64,000 nucleotides of DNA. Source: Macrostomum lignano. Taxonomy: Eukaryota. The DNA lies in contig NIVC01000877.1 of assembly GCA_002269645.1 (NCBI GenBank), positions 1 to 64,000 of the forward strand, written 5' to 3'. Shown here one piece after another: positions 38,501-50,052 of this stretch. The translations under genes and the position numbers were made by a program. Every line of letters begins with the position of its first letter. Within the stretch, counting starts at the first letter, position 1. The notes beneath the pieces are model-generated. The model was not told the DNA's origin. It did not search any database and saw nothing but the letters and a program-made list of their open reading frames with translations.

Positions 38501-41312
38501 TATTTGCAGTAGCGAAACAGATGCCAGCGCTTCATCGCATCAGCCTGGACTGCCTAACACGGATTCAGGGTAAGGTCAAACTTTTTTATGTACTGCATGT
38601 CATTTTTCGCATAGCAAGTCATACATTAAGGAACACAGTTGTGTACTTGCCATACAAATTTATGCTTGACCGCTTATGTTCCATTAATGCTCATTCAAAT
38701 GCAATTCATTGGGCCACCAAATCACACCCACTGTTTTACTTACTACTTTACTTGAATTAGCTGCAGGGGCTTCGTGCGTCCGGAAACAGCGAGGAGGCGT
38801 TGCCGCCCATTTCGCTGACCCCTGGCGACCACGGGCAGCTGGTGCTGCGGTGTCGCGCAGGGAGTTCCGGTGGCGCCGGTGTCCGCAGCGCGGTCCCCCT
38901 CCGGAGAGTCCAGGAGGTGGATTTTCGCTCGCCTGGTAGCCCTTAGGTAGCGGACGAGCTGGCAGAGATTCTCGGGCCTGAAAACGTCGGAGAGGTCCGG
39001 GTTTGGGCCGATGTGGGTGAGCCTGTCCTGAGTAAAGGCGGGGCATTCACAGATTATGTGCTCCACATTCTCGACCCTCCACTGCGGATTTTTCCCTGGA
39101 GTTGACGATGCCTGGCAAAACAGCCATGACCAGAGAGGGCCATGGTCACCGCCCTGATGTCCCTGTGGTTGAGTCGAAGCAGGGCCCTGCGCAGGGCGGA
39201 AGAAGGACAGGGACAGCCGCGCGGGATTGCCGGCAGTCGGGGTGTTGGCCCACCTCTCCCTGTGCTTAGAGGCCAGCTCGTTGCCGGGGTGGCCCGTTTA
39301 CTTACTACTCTTAACATATTTTTCGTTTTTAGCCTTTTGGTCACCGACGACTCAGAGCTGAGTCAGCGGCTGTACGCGGCGCTCACTGGGTCAGGATTCA
39401 CGGACAATCGAGCTGCTCTGCAGAGCGCAGTTGCCGACACAATGCAAGAAATATTGAAGAAAAGACTGCCTGCCACTCAGTACTTTGTAGTTGGCAGCTT
39501 CTCCGAAGGCTGGGGCAATAATTTAAGCACGCTGGATGGCAGAACCGACATCGAGTCCGACATCGATGTGATGGACCTGATTTCGGGGAAACTCTACCAC
39601 CCGACCGGCCTGTGCGAGTGCAGCGGGGATCCAGACAGGCACGAACTGAGCAACGGCCACATTCAGTGCCCCGGGTTCAGTAAGCAACTTTTTTGGCTTC
39701 TTGCCTGAGTATTTTGCCAATCTTTAACCTCGGACACTGCATACTCCTTTGAACTGACTCAGACGTACTAAACAGAGCAATCCAGTCCACTTCTCTACAC
39801 ATTTCAGTCCTCTATTTACTAAGCACCTGTCCCAGTTTTACATTTCAACCCGCAGCATCGAATCCCGCGTTTCCGATTAACGGATCTGCACTGAGGCCCG
39901 CGGTGGACAAAGTTAGTGCTAGCCGGCTCTGCCGATACCCGCCTATCGAGCCACTTCGATTTCATCGTTTCTTAAAATCAAAAATCCCGAAGTCTGTTCT
40001 TAGGATTCTTCAACAGGATGTCGAATCTGACTCAACGCCCTGTCATGTGGTGCACGCAGCCTCTCCTGGTCGAGGAGGCCAGGAGCTCCGTGTGAGCACC
40101 AGCTTCCTGGAGAAGCGGATGCTCAGAAGTCTCACTACTCTCCAAGGCCAGCTGTTCGTCACTCTCAAGTACCTGGTCAAGAAGGTCATCTGCAGCAAGG
40201 ACGGCTTCAACCAGCAAGGCCTCAAGCCGTACCACGCAAAGACTATCACGTTCCGAATGGTGGAGGAGACGCCGGTCGAGCAGTGGAAGCCGGAGAACGT
40301 GAGGAGGTCGCTGCAGATTCTGCTTGACTGTGTGGAGAGCAGTCGCTCGCCCGACAATGCTCACGGCCGGATCATGGAGCACTTCTTCCTGAGCGACGTC
40401 GCTGTGTACCTCAAGGGCGTCGGCCAGAAGGGTGAAAGCATGGACCAGACTCTGGGCAGCATCGCGAGCACACTGAGAACAGTGATTGATCGGCTGCCTC
40501 AGCTGCTGCAGCAGTTCATGAGCAGTCTGAGACCCGTGAGCGACTCAGGAATATTCTACTTCCATCCGTTCCAAATCTTGCCAGATCTGAGCACAAGGTC
40601 TCCACCGCCTCAGTCCACAAACAGTCTGCAGTACCATGAGATCTACGATGTGGTGAGGGAGTGTCTGGTGCGTCTCTCCCATGGTGACTGCAGCCCGCAG
40701 TCTCAAGAGTCGCTCACAGAGCTGATTGCCAGACTGCCAGACTGCGCCCGCTCAGCTCGGGAGGCTCTCAGAGCGCTGGCGTGCCTGAAGTTCGGCTACC
40801 GAGGAACTGCAGAGAGAATCGTGAGTCAGTCCAGAGGCCTCTCGGTGAGCAGAGGCATCGCTTGGTCCGCTGAGAGGTCGGCAGCGGAGGCAACTACGGA
40901 GTTCGTGTGGCGGCACCTGAGGAGCCGGGACTCCGCATGGAAGTTCTGCTTTGAGTTCGAACTGAGGCCTCGAATGTCATTCTTTACTAGAGCTCTGTCT
41001 GAGTGCTTTCCTCAGAATGCCGGCAATTATACTCGGTGCTTCTACCTGAACTTTGACGCTCTGTTGTGGGCTCTGCGCTTTGAGCTTTCATGTTGCAGTG
41101 ACTCTAGCGCTCAGGCGTGGATCCGGGATGTGGCTGAGCGAGCGGACGCGGACCAGGAGGAACTGCAAGTGGCCATCCTGTTCTGCTCGGAGCTCGAAAC
41201 TGAAGCCATTCTCAGCGAGAAACTGGGGAAAATCACTCGTGGTATTCCGGAATGGCTTCTGACGGAGATCAGAAGAAAAAGACTGTCTGCAGATCCGAAC
41301 TACATTCAATAG
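35546..41312 (+). CDS. Ankyrin-repeat / Mab-21 (cGLR) nucleotidyltransferase fusion, paralogue 2 (two 1-nt homopolymer frameshifts as assembled)
   Basis: Exon 1 35546-38569 (28 ANK repeats; donor GG|GTAAGG, phase 2). Exon 2 39333-39679 (acceptor TTTTTAG|C, phase 2; [29 protein letters not shown]). Exon 3 39856-41312 (phase 1; [16 protein letters not shown]). Same intron positions and phases as paralogue 1. Restoring 2 nt gives 4830 nt, about 1609 aa. Confidence 0.85.
38748..39296 (-). mobile_element. 5'-truncated, decayed non-LTR retrotransposon (LINE) 3' end in ANK-cGLR2 intron 1
   Basis: Minus strand encodes [25 protein letters not shown]...[14 protein letters not shown], typical of the C-terminal GH...EH...CP region of LINE ORF2 (frameshifted, CxxC missing). 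Flanked by the 13-bp direct repeat TTTACTTACTACT at 38735-38747 and 39297-39309 (TSD). Confidence 0.8.
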
Positions 41313-41499
41313 CGATATTCATTCTTCACTGCATCCGCGGCTGACTGATTAATTGTGGGGGTTGATTGGAACTTCAAAAAGCAGTGAAGTTGCTCAGAGA
41401 AAACACATTAAATTAAATATGCAACTGGGCGCATCCGCCATTGCCTAATCATTGAATTGGATTGCTTTTTGAAATCGAGAGGTGTAGCCAGGCTTGTTG

Positions 41500-41645
41500 A
41501 TTGGGGCGCCTTCGTGAGGGGGCGCCTTCATGAGGGGGCGCCTTCGTGAGGGGGCGCCTTCGTGAGGGGGTGCCTTTATGAGGGGGGCGCCTTCTTCAGG
41601 GGGCGCCTTCGTGAGGAGGCGCCTTCGTGAGGGGGCGCCATTGTG
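41500..41645. repeat. ~16-17-bp G-rich minisatellite (GGGGGCGCCTTCGTGA)
   Basis: About 8 degenerate copies. Confidence 0.85.
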
Positions 41646-42179
41646 AGGAGGGGAAGGGGAGGGCAGCGCCAAACCTACTGTGGAGACGGCGCCAGACCAG
41701 CGATCATTTGGGAGTCATATTTTTGCCAGCCTATCTATTTATTCAAGGAGCACCGCCCCCCCCCCCTGAACCTCCCTGCCTGCGACTCTGATGGTTCATT
41801 TCTTACTTGTTCATCTCTCTCTCTTGTATGAAACAAGGCATATTTTTCTAATGAAAAGTTGTTTGCAAACGAAATGCTTCACAGAATTTTCTTTCTGAAT
41901 TTGTTTCCTGGTTTTTTGTGCGCCCTCTTGATCTGAATTGCCGAGGTTAAGACTAATTTTACCTGTGCCTTGTACAGTACTGGCGTGCTAAAGAAACTTT
42001 TTCGTGTTTCGTGTCTCACGTCTTATTATTAACTGTTGGCTTCTTCGAAATATTTGAGAATTAATATAAACGACCTGAACAAACTAAAAGGCGAACTAAA
42101 ATTTTACTCGAAAAATATTGGCAAAAACTGCACACCATACTACTCAGCAGTACTGACTTATGAACTCGTACGGTTCAGG

Positions 42180-44848
42180 CTATCTTTCTGGTGTTTATAT
42201 TCCATCTGTCTGGTGTCCGTGTTCTATCTGTCTGGTGTCCGTGTTCTACCTGTCTGGTGTCCGTGTTCTATCTGTCTGGTGTCCGTGTTCTACCTGTCTG
42301 GTGTCCGTGTTCTATCTGTCTGGTGTTTATATTCCATCTGTCTGGTGTCCGTGTTCTACCTGTCTGGTGTCCGTGTTCTATCTGTCTGGTGTTTATATTC
42401 CATCTGTCTGGTGTCCGTGTTCTATCTGTCTGGTGTCCGTGTTCTATCTGTCTGGTGTCCGTGTTCTATCTGTCTGGTGTCCGTGTTCCATCTGTCTGGT
42501 GTCCGTGTTCTATCTGTCTGGTGTCCGTGTTCTATCTGTCTGGTGTCCGTGTTCTATCTGTCTGGTGTCCGTGTTCTATCTGTCTGGTGTCCGTGTTCAT
42601 CTGTCTGGTGTCCGTGTTCTATCTGTCTGGTGTCCGTGTTCTACCTGTCTGGTGTCCGTGTTCTATCTGTCTGGTGTCCGTGTTCTATCTGTCTGGTGTC
42701 CGTGTTCTATCTGTCTGGTGTCCGTGTTCTATCTGTCTGGTGTCCGTGTTCTATCTGTCTGGTGTCCGTGTTCTATCTGTCTGGTGTCCGTGTTCTATCT
42801 GTCTGGTGTCCGTGTTCTATCTGTCTGGTGTCCGTGTTCTATCTGTCTGGTGTCCGTGTTCTATCTGTCTGGTGTCCGTGTTCTATCTGTCTGGTGTCCG
42901 TGTTCTATCTGTCTGGTGTCCGTGTTCCATCTGTCTGGTGTCCGTGTTCTATCTGTCTGGTGTCCGTGTTCTATCTGTCTGGTGTTTATATTCCATCTGT
43001 CTGGTGTCCGTGTTCTATCTGTCTGGTGTCCGTGTTCTACCTGTCTGGTGTCCGTGTTCTATCTGTCTGGTGTCCGTGTTCTATCTGTCTGGTGTCCGTG
43101 TTCTATCTGTCTGGTGTCCGTGTTCTACCTGTCTGGTGTCCGTGTTCTATCTGTCTGGTGTCCGTGTTCTATCTGTCTGGTGTCCGTGTTCTATCTGTCT
43201 GGTGTCCGTGTTCTATCTGTCTGGTGTCCGTGTTCTATCTGTCTGGTGTCCGTGTTCTATCTGTCTGGTGTCCGTGTTCTATCTGTCTGGTGTCCGTGTT
43301 CTATCTGTCTGGTGTCCGTGTTCTATCTGTCTGGTGTCCGTGTTCTATCTGTCTGGTGTCCGTGTTCTATCTGTCTGGTGTCCGTGTTCTATCTGTCTGG
43401 TGTCCGTGTTCTATCTGTCTGGTGTCCGTGTTCTACCTGTCTGATGTCCGTGTTCTATCTGTCTGGTGTCCGTGTTCTATCTGTCTGGTGTCCGTGTTCT
43501 ATCTGTCTGGTGTCCGTGTTCTACCTGTCTGGTGTCCGTGTTCTATCTGTCTGGTGTCCGTGTTCTATCTGTCTGGTGTTTATATTCCATCTGTCTGGTG
43601 TCCGTGTTCTATCTGTCTGGTGTCCGTGTTCTACCTGTCTGGTGTCCGTGTTCTATCTGTCTGGTGTTTATATTCCATCTGTCTGGTGTCCGTGTTCTAT
43701 CTGTCTGGTGTCCGTGTTCTATCTGTCTGGTGTTTATATTCCATCTGTCTGGTGTCCGTGTTCTATCTGTCTGGTGTCCGTGTTCTACCTGTCTGGTGTT
43801 TATATTCCATCTGTCTGGTGTCCGTGTTCTATCTGTCTGGTGTTTATATTCCATCTGTCTGGTGTTTATATTCCATCTGTCTGGTGTCCGTGTTCTATCT
43901 GTCTGGTGTTTATATTCCATCTGTCTGGTGTCCGTGTTCTATCTGTCTGGTGTCCGTGTTCTACCTGTCTGGTGTCCGTGTTCTATCTGTCTGGTGTCCG
44001 TGTTCTATCTGTCTGGTGTTTATATTCCATCTGTCTGGTGTCCGTGTTCTATCTGTCTGGTGTCCGTGTTCTACCTGTCTGGTGTCCGTGTTCTATCTGT
44101 CTGGTGTTTATATTCCATCTGTCTGGTGTCCGTGTTCTATCTGTCTGGTGTCCGTGTTCTACCTGTCTGGTGTTTATATTCCATCTGTCTGGTGTCCGTG
44201 TTCTATCTGTCTGGTGTCCGTGTTCTATCTGTCTGGTGTCCGTGTTCTACCTGTCTGGTGTCCGTGTTCTATCTGTCTGGTGTCCGTGTTCTATCTGTCT
44301 GGTGTCCGTGTTCTATCTGTCTGGTGTCCGTGTTCTATCTGTCTGGTGTCCGTGTTCTACCTGTCTGGTGTCCGTGTTCTATCTGTCTGGTGTCCGTGTT
44401 CTATCTGTCTGGTGTCCGTGTTCTATCTGTCTGGTGTCCGTGTTCTATCTGTCTGGTGTCCGTGTTCTATCTGTCTGGTGTCCGTGTTCCATCTGTCTGG
44501 TGTCCGTGTTCCATCTGTCTGGTGTCCGTGTTCTACCTGTCTGGTGTCCGTGTTCTATCTGTCTGGTGTCCGTGTTCTATCTGTCTGGTGTCCGTGTTCT
44601 ACCTGTCTGGTGTCCGTGTTCTATCTGTCTGGTGTCCGTGTTCTATCTGTCTGGTGTCCGTGTTCTATCTGTCTGGTGTCCGTGTTCTATCTGTCTGGTG
44701 TCCGTGTTCTATCTGTCTGGTGTCCGTGTTCCATCTGTCTGGTGTCCGTGTTCCATCTGTCTGGTGTCCGTGTTCTACCTGTCTGGTGTCCGTGTTCTAT
44801 CTGTCTGGTGTCCGTGTTCTATCTGTCTGGTGTCCGTGTTCTACCTGT
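42180..44848. repeat. 22-bp minisatellite (TCTATCTGTCTGGTGTCCGTGT)
   Basis: About 120 copies; open in three frames, giving the ~950-aa spurious ORFs. Confidence 0.98.
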
Positions 44849-45879
44849 CCCTAGCCAGTGTTCTATCTCTTGAGTCTCGAGGCCTCACAAATGAAAAGAA
44901 CTCCCACAGAGGCAATATCGCAGATTGGGAAGGCGCTCCATCAATCTTAGTAGCAGAGTTCCAGCCTCCCAGTTTTCTTGGCCTCGAAATCCCGGCGCAA
45001 AAGTGCATCCTCTTTTTATCGAAATGAGGAGCGGCGGCGATGAGGGAGGAAGCTGCGGGCCGCCTGAGTACAGGATGCAGCTCTGTGCTCAGAGGGGGTG
45101 AGGGGGTGAGGATCCTGGGCGTGAGGCATCCCTAATTCTGTATCGAACTCGAGCCTCCACCTCAGAATGTTTCTCTCCGTTCCATATTGATGCATTATCG
45201 CAATATCTTCTACCTATACTAAATCTCTCTAAAATTCTGAGTCTTTGAGATGCAAATAAACGCACTGATAGGTCTGCACTAACGAATTCTGTAATGCAAT
45301 AAATATTGTTATTATTGCAATGCATTTACGCTTTGTGCGTTCGGCTGAGCCACCAGGGCAGATGCTGAGGGGGGGGGGGTTGGCTCAGGCAGAGGGTGGG
45401 TGAGGAGGGCCTCCGCCCGTCTGCCCCGCACAAATTTGAGTACATGTGAATTTGAGCAGGGGCTGCAGTGGCACTGAGAGGTCACAACCAGTCGGCCCTG
45501 ATAAGAGCACGAGAGCGCGCGTAGAGATACGAACAGAGCAGAGTACTGAGTCTTCAGAAATATTTCAACTGCTCTGGGTTCTGTGGAGCTTCGACCAGAG
45601 GCCCAGGCATTCGCAGGCCCAGCTAATCAAGTTTGCATTGAGCTTTTTTTGCAGTTCGTACTTGCAACAGCGCAACACAGATTGAGACTTCTGCATTTTC
45701 TAATTATTTCTCTTTCTAAGAAAGGCGTCCTCCGACTGGAGATTCGATTGGATTGGAAAATAATTCAATTATCTGCCGAAGTCTGCAGACCCATGTCCGA
45801 TCAGGGTAGCCTGTCAGGTGATCAGTGATCTTGTGGATTGATAGCTAGATTGCCGCCAATCTCGTATAGTGATAGCTAT

Positions 45880-46932
45880 AGAGTGACAATCGGAGTGATA
45901 ACAAGATTAAGAGTGACAATCAGGGTGACAATCAGAGTTGAGATTAGGGTGACAATCAGAGTGAAAATTAGGGTAATAAGCAGATTGATAGCCAGAGTGA
46001 CAATCAGAGTGGCAATCGGAGTGATAGCCAGAGTGACAATCAGAGAGATAGCCACAACAACAATCAGAGTGACAATCAGAGTGACAGTCAGAGTATCAAT
46101 CAGAGTGAAAATCAGAGTGATGTCTTGAGTGACAATCAAAGTGACAATCAGAGTGATATCTTGAGTGACAATCAGAGTGACAATCAGAGTGACAATCAGA
46201 GTGACAATCGGAGTGATAGCCAGAGTGCCGATCAGAGTGACAATCGGAGTGATATCCAGAGTGACAATCAGAGTGATAGCCACAACAACAATCAGAGTGA
46301 CAGTCAGAGTGACAGTCAGAGTATCAATCAGAGTGAAAATCAGAGTGATGTCTTGAGTGACAATCAGAGTGACAATCAGAGCGACAATCGGAGTGATAGC
46401 CAGAGTGCCGATCAGAGTGACAATTGGAGTGATATCTTGAGTGGCAATCGGAGTGATAGCCAGAGTGACAATCAGAGTGATAGCCACAACAACAATCAGA
46501 GTGACAATCAGAGTGACAGTCAGAGTATCAATCAGAGTGAAAATCAGAGTGATGTCTTGAGTGACAATCAAAGTGACAATCAGAGTGATATCTTGAGTGA
46601 CAATCAGAGTGACAATCAGAGTGACAATCAGAGTGACAATCGGAGTGATAGCCAGAGTGCCGATCAGAGTGATAATCGGAGTGATATCCAGAGTGACAAT
46701 CAGAGTGATAGCCACAACAACAATCAGAGTGACAATCAGAGTGACAGTCAGAGTATCAATCAGAGTGAAAATCAGAGTGATGTCTTGAGTGACAATCAAA
46801 GTGACAATCAGAGTGATATCTTGAGTGACAATCAGAGTGACGATCAGAGTGACGATCAGAGTGACAATCAGAGTGACGATCAGAGTGACGATCAGAGTGA
46901 CAATTAGAGTGATATCTTAAGTGACAATCAGT
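45880..46932. repeat. 12-bp-based minisatellite (GAGTGACAATCA) with higher-order duplications
   Basis: SDNQ-like periodicity; longer blocks recur. Confidence 0.93.
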
Positions 46933-47269
46933 CGTCACCAGTATGAAGTATTAGTACGGTTAAAAGTTCATTTCAAACGTAAATGGAACTGCCAGCAAAA
47001 GTTGCAAACAATTTTACAAACTCCTGGGCCCCCAAGCGACAACAGGAAATGTTTATTGTCAATGGAATCATAAAAGTAATTTGTGAAAGCAGGAAATTAA
47101 CTGCTGCAGGCTTAGTTATTCTGGTAATCTGGTTTTTGAGGCACAGAAATATGAGATCCCTGTTTGGTAAAGAGGCTGCCACATTACGTCCTTGCTTCAG
47201 CAGCTTCATCAAGTCGGAACTTAAAGCTTCTTTTTCTTTAACGGCAATTCGTGCTTTTCCTTTTCTCCC

Positions 47270-47580
47270 TCTGTCATCTTCCTCTACCATCTCCCTCTGT
47301 CATCTCCCTCTTTTCTCTCTGTCTATCATCTCCCTCTGTCATCTCCCTCTATCATCTCTTTCTGTCATCTCCCTCTATCATCTCCCCGTCATCTCCCTCT
47401 GTCATCTCCCTCTGTCATCTCCCTCTGTCATCTCCCTCTATCATCTTCCTCTATCATCTTCCTCTTGTCATGTCTTTCTGTCATCTTACTCTAGCATCTC
47501 TTTCTGTCATCTCCCTCTGTCATCTCCCTCTGTCATCTCCCTCTATCATCTCCCCGTCATCTCCCTCCCTCTATCATCCA
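47270..47580. repeat. CT-rich degenerate repeat (CTGTCATCTCCCT)
   Basis: Direct inspection. Confidence 0.88.
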
Positions 47581-47986
47581 AGACCGAGCATTGTAACTCC
47601 TCATTTTCGCTATCTCGTCAAAAAGCACAGGTTCGCCAAAACCAGTTGGCTCATTGTCATTTTCTCGGGCGCAGACTTCTCAAGAATGCTTTTCTTCGGA
47701 AAGGCTCTAATTTCGATAATTGCGGCTTCCCCCGTCAGCCAGGAACTGAAAATCGCCACGACAGAAAATATAACTGTTTTAAACTGCTCTTTACTCATTT
47801 TTTCTGCACTATTTTTTCTCCACTTCCTTTGATCCAACTCCGTCTCTCTTCCCCTCCTCTCCCCCTCCTCTCCCCCTCTCTTCCCCTCCTCTCCCTCTCT
47901 CTCACCCCTCTCCAACCGATCCCCTCCCCATCCCCATCAAATCCCAGCTCAGCCCAGTCTGTCAAGCGGCCCGAACCCCTCCGCAG

Positions 47987-48615
47987 ACTCGGAGCCGGGA
48001 GCGGTGGGCGGGGCCGGCAGCAGCGGCGGCAGCGGCGGGGACGGAGAGGCGAACTCCTCGAAGTTCAGCGCCCAGTCCGTGAGCCTTCGCGCCCAGAAGA
48101 AGCTGATCGGCAAGCTGGCCAACCAGAAGGCGGTGAAGATCTTTATCGACGCCACCTCGGCGCGAGCCTTCGACTCCATTTACCGGATTGTGAAGCTGCA
48201 CACGGGGTCGCGGAGCCGCGCCCAGAAGACCATGAAGCACATCGTGAAGCTCAACATGAAAGTCGCCGTGCTGTACACGCACGACATCCTGTCGGAGAGC
48301 GAGAAGGCCCTCGCCGATCAGTTTCGCGACCGCTTCAACGACCTCGCCACCGACCTGGTGCTCATGCAGCGGGGTCGCCGGCAGCTGGACAAGGAGAAAC
48401 TGGCCAAGCAGTTCAGGGACTGCGAGGCCATCGCCCTGCGGATGGTCCGGCGGCACCTGAGCGAGAAGTCGCTGACCAGCATTCGCACCTGCTCGGATCT
48501 GTTCACGGAGCCCCGCTTCCTGCAGGCCCTGTTCGACCCGAGCTCGCCGCTGGCCCCGCACATGACCAGCCTGTGCCAGGATGTGCAGGAGCTGCTGGAC
48601 AGGGGCGTGGTCTGA
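47987..48615 (+). CDS. TNFAIP8: TNFAIP8/TIPE family protein, main coding exon
   Basis: Acceptor CCGCAG|AC (phase 1). FSAQSVSLRAQKKLIGKL...IDATS...KHIVKLNMKVAVLY...RHLSEKS...FLQALF...LLDRGVV aligns along its length with the TNFAIP8 family. The short start exon was not identified. Confidence 0.9.
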
Positions 48616-48764
48616 CCACCTGAGCCTTGAGCTGATGGCTTCACTATGCTGGATTTGGATTGGAATCGTTATCAGTGTCCGTGTTGACTGTTATGCATTG
48701 AGTGTTGCCTTGAAACCTGTTACAAGCCGGCAGGACCCGATTTTGTCTGTTCGAGTTGGTAGCA

Positions 48765-49322
48765 CCTGTTAGACAGGAGCTTCTCTGTCTGTTAGACAAG
48801 GACTTCGCCGCCTGTTAGACAGGGGCTTCAACTGTTAGACAGGGGCTTTATACCTGTTAGACAGGGGCTTCAACTGTTAGACAGGGGCTTCAACTGTTAG
48901 ACAGGGGCTTCACCTGTTAGGCAGGGACTTCACCTGTTAGACACGGGCTCCACCTGTTAGACAGGGGCTTCAACTGTTAGACAGGGGCTTCAACTGTTAG
49001 ACAGGGGCTTCACCTGTTAGGCAGGGACTTCACCTGTTAGGCAGGGACTTCACCTGTTAGACAGGGGCTTCACCTGTTACACAGGAGCTTCGCCTGTTAG
49101 ACAGGGGCTTCACACGTTAGACAGAAGCTTCACTTGTTAGACAGGGGCTTCACACGTTAGACAGGGGCTTCACCTGTTAGACAGGAGCTTCATCTGTTAA
49201 TCAGAAGCTTCACCTGTTAATCAGAAGCTTCACCTGTTAGACAGGGGCTTCACCTGTTAATCAGAAGCTTCACCTGTTAGACAGGGGCTTCACCTGTTAG
49301 ACAGGAGCTTCACTTGTAAGAC
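48765..49322. repeat. 20-bp minisatellite (CACCTGTTAGACAGGGGCTT) with internal palindrome CCTGT-TAG-ACAGG
   Basis: About 27 copies downstream of TNFAIP8. Confidence 0.94.
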
Positions 49323-50052
49323 AGAGGCTCCAGAATTGAAGTCTCACCTTGGCATGCTCTACGCCTCAATCTAGTCTCTGTTGTCTTCTCATTAACAAAT
49401 TAATTGGATTTTCACTGCCGCAAACAAGCGCGCCATGGCAGTCTCTTGCTTGCTAGGAACAAAAGCTCAGTGTTGTGCTGTTCTCGGATTGCCCTGTACA
49501 AACACGAGCGCACAGACCCTGACTGCACCCCAGCTGAGTTCGTGCAATATCTGCAGTCATCATTCAATCATTGCCGTGTTGTCTCCGGCTGCAGTTTTAT
49601 TATTCCAGATTTCAATCAGACATTATCAGAAATCATTGATGTTGGCATTTTATTGGCTTATCATCATCCCAGAGCTTATCCTGGATTTTGTCGTCATTCT
49701 CCCACTGATTCTTGCAATTTAATAATCCCAGTTTTTTAAATGCAATCACATTAATCCCATCGCAACTACATTGAAATTCACAGAAATAAACAACCCAGAG
49801 ATTGTGTTGTCAAGCGGCAGTTTGTTTCCAGATATTTGACAAATGCTTTCAGTAACCATGAAGATTGCGCCCTTTCACGGCTAAGCTGTGGGTTTCCAAC
49901 AGCAGTTATGCAATTTATTTTTCATGTGTAAAATGGCCGGCTTTGTTAAGCTCTCGTGCGAGATTATCTCGGTAAAATTGGCTACAAAAATAGGCTCGCG
50001 AATTGAGTACGAATGCACTGTCCGGACACTGTCCGGTAAATGTGGGTCAGGC

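Noticed and set aside
42036-45027. 945-aa and 955-aa ORFs
   Set aside because: Pure translation of a 22-bp minisatellite open in all three + frames; no coding features.
46125-46907. SDNQ-repeat 260-aa ORF resembling an acidic low-complexity protein
   Set aside because: 12-bp-based tandem repeat with no flanking exon structure or unique coding context.
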